NCBI GenBank assembly: GCA_963727445.1
Contig: CAVSGI010000006.1
Span: forward strand, 160,001 to 224,000
Source: an uncultured delta proteobacterium
Lineage (GTDB): Bacteria; Myxococcota_A; Polyangia; Polyangiales; B10-G4
Direction: 5' to 3'
DNA: 64,000 nt
This document shows positions 57,604 through 64,000 of the stretch, piece by piece. Numbering within the stretch: the first letter of the stretch is position 1; each line of letters opens with the position of its first letter. The notes beneath the pieces were generated by a model. It was given only the letters and a program-made list of their open reading frames with translations. It searched no databases and had not been told where the DNA came from. The position numbers and the translations under genes were made by a program.

Positions 57604-58436
57604 ACTGCCATCTCGCCCAGCGCTATCTCGACGCCTACGTCGATCACGAGCTCGACCCCGGCACGCAACTCGACGTGGAGCGGCACGTCGACGTCTGCGC
57701 GCTCTGTCAGGAAGAGGTGGCGTTCGCTCGTGCGATGAAGGAGCAGGTCCGTGGCGCGGTGAGCAGCGCGCACGCGCCGGTGGGCCTCGCGGATCGGATC
57801 CGCAGCTCCCTCGACGAGGCAGAGGCGGAAGCGCGGCCGACCCCACTGGTGAGCATCGCGCCGATGCGGCTGCGTCACGCGCTGCCGCTCGCGGCGGCCG
57901 CCGCGGTCCTGATGGTGGCGAGCTTCGCGCTGTCGCCGAGCGCCACCGCGCCGGCGGAGCAGGCGACGGCCCGGGTCCAGGCCGCGAGCTCCGCGGCGAC
58001 GATCCCCATCTTCGAAGACGTCGTTCGGGTTCACGCCAGCGACCTGCCGGCGGACGTGGGCGGTACCCAGCCTCAAGAAGTGACCCGCTGGTTTCGCAAC
58101 AAGGTGAGCTTCCCGGTTCGGCCCGCCCGCTTCGATCGGGGCGATGCGCGGCTCTTGGGCGCGCGCCTCTCCAACGTGCGCGAGCAGCAGGCCGCGGCGC
58201 TTTACTACGACGTGGGCGGCAACCGCGTGACGGTGGTGGTCTTCGGGCCCGCCGACCATCGCCTCGAGCAGGGCCTGAGCCGGGCGCGGCTTCTGGGGCG
58301 CGAGGTTCGCTATCGCCAGGTGCGGGGTTACACCGTTCCCGTGCGCGAGCAGGAAGGGCTCACCTACGCCTTCACGGGTGATCTCGACCGCCAGAGCCTG
58401 CTCCGCCTCGCCGCGACCGCGCAGGTACAGCACTGA
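57600..58436 (+). CDS. Zinc-binding (ZAS, zf-HC2) transmembrane anti-sigma factor
   Basis: MNC..., [13 protein letters not shown] (HxxxCxxC), central TM; ATGA overlap with the sigma gene. Confidence 0.9.
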   Translation: MNCHLAQRYLDAYVDHELDPGTQLDVERHVDVCALCQEEVAFARAMKEQVRGAVSSAHAPVGLADRIRSSLDEAEAEARPTPLVSIAPMRLRHALPLAAAAAVLMVASFALSPSATAPAEQATARVQAASSAATIPIFEDVVRVHASDLPADVGGTQPQEVTRWFRNKVSFPVRPARFDRGDARLLGARLSNVREQQAAALYYDVGGNRVTVVVFGPADHRLEQGLSRARLLGREVRYRQVRGYTVPVREQEGLTYAFTGDLDRQSLLRLAATAQVQH

Positions 58437-58597
58437 GCGCTCGGCGCCGCTTCGGCGGCGTGCTCCACCGCTCACCTGTGCAGCAGCTAACCCTTCGTAA
58501 CCGCGAAGCTTTAGCCCTCCAAGATCGTTGACCTGCCGCGTCTCGCCGGCCTATCCTGCGTTGTCCTGGGGTCTGGGACCCCGAAAAAGGAGCGTGC

Positions 58598-61255
58598 ATG
58601 GCGCAGCGGATCCTGGTCTTCGAGGCCGACGCCGACTTCGCGAACGAGCTGATGACGAACTTCGGGGGCCTCGGTGCCCAGGTCGAGGTCGTCTCGGATG
58701 GCAATGCCGGTCTCGCGCGCGCGGCGGAGGAGAAGCCCGATCTCATCCTCCTCTCGATCGAGCTGCCCAGCATGAACGGCTTCTTGGTCTGCAAGAAGAT
58801 CAAGAAGAACGCCGACCTCAAGACCATCCCTCTCGTCATCATGTCGAGCGACTCGAACGCCGACGAGATCTTCGAGCAGCATCGCAAGCTCCGCACCCGC
58901 GCGGAGGACTACGTCAAGAAGCCGGTCGCCTTCGACGACCTCCTGGCGCGCGTGCAGGAGCTCGTCCCGATCGAAAGCGAGGCCGCGGAGATCCCCGTGG
59001 AGGAGCTCGACATCGCCGAGGTCGAGATCGAAGACGCGGACGGGAACTCGGTCGATGACGAGATCGACGCCTTCGCGGACAGCGCCTTCGACTCGCTGGT
59101 GATGAACGAGGAGCCCGCCGAGGACACGACCGCAATCGCGGACGTCCCCGCGGACGTACAATCGGTCACAGCAGACGACCTCGAGGTCATCGACGTGGAC
59201 GACGTCGTGCTTCAGGAGGAGGAGACCTCGCCCGAGCCGGAGCCGGAGCCGGAGCCGGAGCCCGAGCCCGAGCCGGAGCCCGAGCCGGAGCCCGAGCCCG
59301 AGCCGGAGCCCGAGCCCGAGCCGCCGCCCCTCGACGCCGACATCGCGACGCGCGAGCAGCCCGTCGCCGCGGGCGCGAGCCAGGCCGAGCTCGACGCCGC
59401 CGAGGCGCGTGCAGCCCAGGCGGAGAACGATCTGGCGGCGGCGAACGCGCGCATCGAAGAGCTCACCGCGAAGTTCGAAAAGGAGATGGCCGACCTGAAG
59501 GCGAAAGCCGGCAAGGGCGGAGGCATCTCGAGCCGCGAGTTCCTCGACCTGCGCGAGGCGCTGAACAAGAAGGACAAGGAGATCCTCGACCTGCGCGACC
59601 AGGTGAGCTCGCGCGACAAGCAGCTCATCGATCTGCGCGACAAGAACCTCGAGCTCGAGCGCGGCAAGGCGGACTTCGAAGATCGAATCCTCGCCCTCGA
59701 ACGTCAGGGCGCGGACAAGGACGATCAGATCACGGCGCTCACGGCGGACGTCGAGAACGCCAAGAAGAAGGGCGACGCGAACAAGGCGCGCGCGGAGCGG
59801 GCGGAGGAGAAGACCAAGAAGCTCGAGGACGAGCTCGACGCCGCGAAGAACGAGCACGCGGCGGCCATCTCGAAGATCGAGAGCGACGCGGCGGAGAAGT
59901 CGGCGACCAAGTCGGCGCGGCACGCGGAGGAGCTGGAGCAGCTTCGCGCCTCTCACGAGGAGGCGCTCGCCCAGCTGGGTGCCGAGAAGGACGCGGCTAT
60001 CTCGCAGCTCACCGCCGAGAAGGACGCCGCTTACGCGCAGAAGGTCTCCGCGCTCGAAGAGCAGCGAGAGACGGAGCTGACCGAGCTCCGCGCCAAGCTG
60101 TCTGCCGAGCACGCCGTGGACAAGGAACAGGCCATCGAGGAGCTGACCGAGCGCCTCGAGGCCGAGAAGAAGGCCGCGCTCGACCTCTCCGAAGAGGAGC
60201 ACGGCAGGGAGCTGGCGCTGATCGGCCGGCGCCTGAGCGAGACCGAGCAGAACCTCGAGGAGACCGGGCAGAAGCTCGAGGCCGCCGAGGCGGACAAGGC
60301 CCGCCTGGGCACCGAGCTGTCGAACCGCACGGAGGAGCGCGACGGCTTCAGCAGTCAGCTCGACGCCGCGAAGCAGAAGCTCAGCGAGCTCGAAGATGCG
60401 CGCTCGATCCTCGCGGCCGAAAAGGCGGAGCTCGAGGAGAAGGTCGCTTCGCAGAGCGAACGGATCGGGATCCTCGAGTCGGCCAACGCCGCGCTGGCGG
60501 AGGCGAAGGAAGAGAACGAAGCGACCATCGCGACCCTCGGTGCGCAGAAGGCCGGCCTCGAAGAGGAGAGGACGGACGCCCAGGCGCGGATCGCTTCGCT
60601 CGAAGAGAGCAAGGCCGAGCTCGAACGGATCAAGACCGAGAACGAAGGCAAGATCGCGCTGCTCGAAGAGCAGAAGAGCGAGCTGTCGGAGATCAAGGCC
60701 GAGCACGAGGCGGAGATCTCGACGCTCGTAGGCGCCAAGGAGCGGAACGAGGCCACCATCGCGAGCCTCACCGAGGCCAAGGAGTCTCTCGAGGAGACCA
60801 AGGCGGCGAACACGGCGAAGATCGCGTCCCTCGAAGGGAGCAAGGCCGAGCTCGAGCAGGCGAAGACGGAGAACGAGAGCCGCATCGCGCTCCTCGAGGA
60901 GCAGAACAACGACCTCGAAGAGACGAAGCTCGAGAATCAGGCGACCATCCGTGGTCTCTCCGACACCAAAGAGGCCAACGAAGCGACCATCGCGAACCTC
61001 AGCGAGTCGAAGAAGGAGCTCGAGGATTCGGTCGCGCGTCACCGCGCGCGCATCGCCGCCCTCGAAGAGGCCCAGGCGAGCCTGGAGAAGCGCCTCGGAA
61101 ACGCCCTCAAGAAGATCGAAGGCGACTCCGCGCTCCTCGAGCGCGCGCGCAAGGCCCTCGCCATCGGCCTCGGGCTCCTGGAGGACCAGAAGCAGAACGT
61201 GGTCGAGGGAGAGGCCTCGAGCCCCGCGGCCGCCCCCGCCGAAGCCGAAGAGTAG
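58598..61255 (+). CDS. AglZ-like pseudo-receiver / long coiled-coil protein
   Basis: Receiver PDLILLSIELP (Asp replaced by Ser), IMSS....FEQHR...AEDY; acidic linker, PE repeat, ~600-aa heptad region; RBS AAGGAG. Confidence 0.8.
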   Translation: MAQRILVFEADADFANELMTNFGGLGAQVEVVSDGNAGLARAAEEKPDLILLSIELPSMNGFLVCKKIKKNADLKTIPLVIMSSDSNADEIFEQHRKLRTRAEDYVKKPVAFDDLLARVQELVPIESEAAEIPVEELDIAEVEIEDADGNSVDDEIDAFADSAFDSLVMNEEPAEDTTAIADVPADVQSVTADDLEVIDVDDVVLQEEETSPEPEPEPEPEPEPEPEPEPEPEPEPEPEPEPPPLDADIATREQPVAAGASQAELDAAEARAAQAENDLAAANARIEELTAKFEKEMADLKAKAGKGGGISSREFLDLREALNKKDKEILDLRDQVSSRDKQLIDLRDKNLELERGKADFEDRILALERQGADKDDQITALTADVENAKKKGDANKARAERAEEKTKKLEDELDAAKNEHAAAISKIESDAAEKSATKSARHAEELEQLRASHEEALAQLGAEKDAAISQLTAEKDAAYAQKVSALEEQRETELTELRAKLSAEHAVDKEQAIEELTERLEAEKKAALDLSEEEHGRELALIGRRLSETEQNLEETGQKLEAAEADKARLGTELSNRTEERDGFSSQLDAAKQKLSELEDARSILAAEKAELEEKVASQSERIGILESANAALAEAKEENEATIATLGAQKAGLEEERTDAQARIASLEESKAELERIKTENEGKIALLEEQKSELSEIKAEHEAEISTLVGAKERNEATIASLTEAKESLEETKAANTAKIASLEGSKAELEQAKTENESRIALLEEQNNDLEETKLENQATIRGLSDTKEANEATIANLSESKKELEDSVARHRARIAALEEAQASLEKRLGNALKKIEGDSALLERARKALAIGLGLLEDQKQNVVEGEASSPAAAPAEAEE
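59231..59320 (+). repeat. (CCSGAG)15 coding microsatellite (Pro-Glu linker)
   Basis: 15 tandem 6-bp units. Confidence 0.9.
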
Positions 61256-61261
61256 GGCGCG

Positions 61262-62554
61262 ATGCCCGCGCGTCCCGCGGCAGTGCAACGGGCGAAGATC
61301 GTGAACCGAGAGGCGCTCGTCGCCGTGCCGTCACCGGAGGCGCGCGCGCTCGCCCTCGACATGGTGGAGGGCGCGCTCGCCGCGGTGGAGCCGGAGGCGG
61401 CGACGCGGCGTGCCCTCGCGCGGGCGCGCGCGGACGGGCTGGCGCTCGAGGGGGCGTGGATCGTCGCCCTCGGAAAAGCGGCGTGGCCGATGGCGCGCGC
61501 AGCGTCGGAGGCGCTGGGGAGCGAGCGGGGCGTTGTGGTCGCACCGAGCGTCGCGCCGATCGGTGGCCTGCAGATGCGCCGCGGCGAGCATCCCGCTTCG
61601 GGTGAGCGCGCTCTCGAAAATGGCGAGGCGCTGCTGTCGCTCGCGCGCGGCATCCCGTCGGGGGACGCGGTGGTGTGTCTGATCTCGGGCGGCGGCTCGG
61701 CGATGGTGGAGGCGCTGCCGGAGGGCGCCTCAGCCGACGACCTCGTGGACTTTCAGCGAGCGCTCCTGGCGTCGGGCGCGCCGATCGACGCGATGAACGC
61801 GCTGAGGCGGCGCCTGTCCCGGCTGAAGGGGGGCGGGCTCGCGGCGGCCCTTTCTCACACGCGCCTCGTGACGGTGGTGATCAGCGATACCCCCGGTCAC
61901 CCACCATCCACCGTCGCTTCGGGGCCGACGCTCGCGCCCGAGGCGGAGGTGGACGTCGAGCCGATCCTCCGAGCGTACGATCTCGAATCGCGCCTGGGCC
62001 CCTCGGTGCTCGCGGCGATCCGGGCGGGGCGGGGCGTCGCTCGGCTGGCGCCGTCGCCACTCTACGTGGCGGCGGACAACGCGACGGCCTGCGCGGCGGC
62101 CGCCGCGGTGGCCGACGCGCGCGGGCGCGACGTGACGCGCGTGCGCGTGCCATTCGCGGGCGAAGCGCGCGCGCGTGGCGCGGCGCTCTATCGCGACGCG
62201 CGCGCGCGCGGCGCGGAGGTGATGGTGGCGGGGGGCGAGACGACCGTGACCCTCGTCGGCGAGGGCCGGGGAGGGCGCAATCACGAGATCCTCCTCGGCG
62301 CCCTGGGCGATTTCGAAGGCGGGCTGGTGGTCGGCGTCGGCACCGATGGCGTCGACGGCACGAGCGGCGCTGCCGGTGCGCTCCTGGACGACGCGGTGAT
62401 CGCGGGCGCCGCCGCGGCCGGCATGGACCCGCACGCGCTCCTCCTCGACAACGACAGCGCCCGCTACTTCGAAGCCGCGGGCGCCCAGCTCATCACCGGC
62501 CCCACGCAGACCAACGTCGCCGACCTGTGGCTCTACGTCCGGGATCGAGCCTAG
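61262..62554 (+). CDS. Glycerate kinase type 2 (DUF4147/MOFRL)
   Basis: GKAA.PMA, EHP, LISGGGSA, LKGGGL, ASGPT, GGETTV, GGRN.E, GTDGVDG, TGPT.TNV.D; start uncertain. Confidence 0.92.
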   Translation: MPARPAAVQRAKIVNREALVAVPSPEARALALDMVEGALAAVEPEAATRRALARARADGLALEGAWIVALGKAAWPMARAASEALGSERGVVVAPSVAPIGGLQMRRGEHPASGERALENGEALLSLARGIPSGDAVVCLISGGGSAMVEALPEGASADDLVDFQRALLASGAPIDAMNALRRRLSRLKGGGLAAALSHTRLVTVVISDTPGHPPSTVASGPTLAPEAEVDVEPILRAYDLESRLGPSVLAAIRAGRGVARLAPSPLYVAADNATACAAAAAVADARGRDVTRVRVPFAGEARARGAALYRDARARGAEVMVAGGETTVTLVGEGRGGRNHEILLGALGDFEGGLVVGVGTDGVDGTSGAAGALLDDAVIAGAAAAGMDPHALLLDNDSARYFEAAGAQLITGPTQTNVADLWLYVRDRA

Positions 62555-62571
62555 CAACCCGTGCCCGTGCT

Positions 62572-63087
62572 CTAGAAGTCCGGCGTGCCGTGCAGCGTCT
62601 GCTTGCGCCGGCGGGGGCCCGAGCCGGTGAGGTCGTCCCAGCTGGGGTCGCGTTCTTTCGTCGCTTCGAAGCTGACGACGCGCTGGCGGATGATGATGCG
62701 GATGACGTCCGAGGTTTCGTTGTGCCACTTCTTGCCGGCGCGCACGCCTTGGAAGACCGCGAGCATGCCCACCTCGGGCAGGGGATGGGCGACCGCCAGG
62801 AGGCGTCCATCCTCGCGCCGCTTGCACCCGCCGACCAGGAGCGCGCCGACGAAGATGTGGCCCTCCTGATGCTCCCCAGACACGCGCTCGATCACTGCCG
62901 TGCAACGGAGCCGGGCATCGAGGGCGTAGATGGTGTTCTTGGTGACGATGTCGATGGCGCGCCAGGGCTCGGCCAGGTTCGCCGAGCTGGCCGGCACCTC
63001 CTCGTACGCCATCTCGACCGAGCCCTGCTTCATCAGGGGCCGCAGGCCTTCGGAGAGCGTGTGGTCATCCTCGTCGAAAGGCCTCAT
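62572..63087 (-). CDS. Hypothetical protein
   Basis: 171-aa ORF with RBS GGAGG; TKNTIY..D..LRC..V. Confidence 0.7.
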   Translation of the reverse strand: MRPFDEDDHTLSEGLRPLMKQGSVEMAYEEVPASSANLAEPWRAIDIVTKNTIYALDARLRCTAVIERVSGEHQEGHIFVGALLVGGCKRREDGRLLAVAHPLPEVGMLAVFQGVRAGKKWHNETSDVIRIIIRQRVVSFEATKERDPSWDDLTGSGPRRRKQTLHGTPDF

Positions 63088-63102
63088 CGACCTCCGAGAG
63101 TA

Positions 63103-64000
63103 TCAGATGATCACGATGTCACAGGGGAATGTCGCCTCGAGGACCGCGCCGCGGGTCATGGTGAGCTCGTCGCAAGCCGCCCCGTTGAGGCGGATCGAGG
63201 TCGGGCTGGTGGCTTCCCAGCCGTCGGGGTCGTCGCAGGGCAGCTCCCGGTCGTTGAGCTTCACGGTCCCGGAGCAGGCCTGGGAGATGTCCTCGATGGT
63301 CCCGTTGAGGTTGATGTCGCACGACAGGACGCCGCCGACGATGTCCTCGAGGGCGCGCCGGAGCGTGGTGTCGTCGCCCGCCACCCAGTACTCGGCGGTG
63401 CCCCCCGCGCCCATGCCCAGCCCGGCGTTCGCCATATCCTGCATGTGGGTCGCCGACACGGTGCCCTCACCCACGGAGATCATGAAGGTGCGGATGCCCT
63501 CTCCATAGGCGCGCTCCACCGCAGCGATGGCTTCGGCCTGCCCGTTCTGCGGGTCCAGCTCCTCGCAGCGGTCGGGCTCGCCGTCGGTGGCCACGATGAA
63601 GATGGTCGGATCGGGATCGGGGTCGGGCGCGCCGAGGATCGAGTCGAGCACCGCGTCGATCGCGTCTCCGGTCGGCGTGTCTTCGATCACGTTCGCGGGT
63701 TGGTAGACGGCCTGGATCGCCGCGTAGTTGTCGGGGGCCGGCGCGACCTGGGTGAGCATCGGACAAGGCCCGATCGGCGGTCCCCCATCTCCGTCCGAGC
63801 GCGCGCTGTAGAGCGCGAGGCCGAACTCCACCTGATCCTGCAGCGAGAAGATCAACCCGTCGGGGTCGGCGAGGAGGAAGTCCTTGAGCACACCCCATCG
63901 CGTGCCACCACCGAAGGACGAGGTCATGCTGCTCGACTGATCGATGATGAGCATCACCGTGGGCGTCACCCGCGCGGCCTCGACAGTCACGTCGGCGCAG
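63103..64000 (-). CDS. vWA-domain protein, myxobacterial CglB-like (5' end outside the window)
   Basis: MIDAS IIDQSSSM, DTPTG, VATDGEP; C-terminal LSC...DGW...LNGAAC...FPC. Confidence 0.85.
   Translation of the reverse strand, partial: CADVTVEAARVTPTVMLIIDQSSSMTSSFGGGTRWGVLKDFLLADPDGLIFSLQDQVEFGLALYSARSDGDGGPPIGPCPMLTQVAPAPDNYAAIQAVYQPANVIEDTPTGDAIDAVLDSILGAPDPDPDPTIFIVATDGEPDRCEELDPQNGQAEAIAAVERAYGEGIRTFMISVGEGTVSATHMQDMANAGLGMGAGGTAEYWVAGDDTTLRRALEDIVGGVLSCDINLNGTIEDISQACSGTVKLNDRELPCDDPDGWEATSPTSIRLNGAACDELTMTRGAVLEATFPCDIVII

Overview
A high-GC, gene-dense chromosomal segment. Gene content (multi-TM Ser/Thr kinase, AglZ-like pseudo-receiver/coiled-coil, Cys-rich lipoproteins, CglB-like vWA protein) points to Myxococcota, probably Polyangia; this is an inference. 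Core genes: lgt (partial), Leu/Phe/Val dehydrogenase, eno, ybeY, HU, the rimP-nusA-ylxR/L7Ae-infB-ylxP-rbfA-nrnA-truB operon, tRNA-Cys(GCA), acnA, rlmI-like, tatA and a glycerate kinase. Accessory modules: a six-gene MoxR-DUF58-vWA operon led by a membrane protein with a ~215-residue Gly/Gln tract, an orphan TatT-DctP pair upstream of a membrane kinase, a biotin-carboxylase homologue missing catalytic residues, a SigH/SigR-like ECF sigma with a membrane anti-sigma and a candidate autoregulatory promoter, a sulfatase-HEAT fusion next to an EAL gene, and a KamA/sulfotransferase/methyltransferase group. Non-coding signals: two perfect DnaA boxes before HU, a multi-hairpin element after infB and a 26-bp inverted repeat after kamA. 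About ten genes carry 1-2 nt frameshifts, four of them repairable as GATTC to GATC, which suggests methylation-linked long-read errors rather than real pseudogenes. No CRISPR array, transposase, integrase or rRNA was recognised. All calls come from motif reading by eye; no database searches were run.
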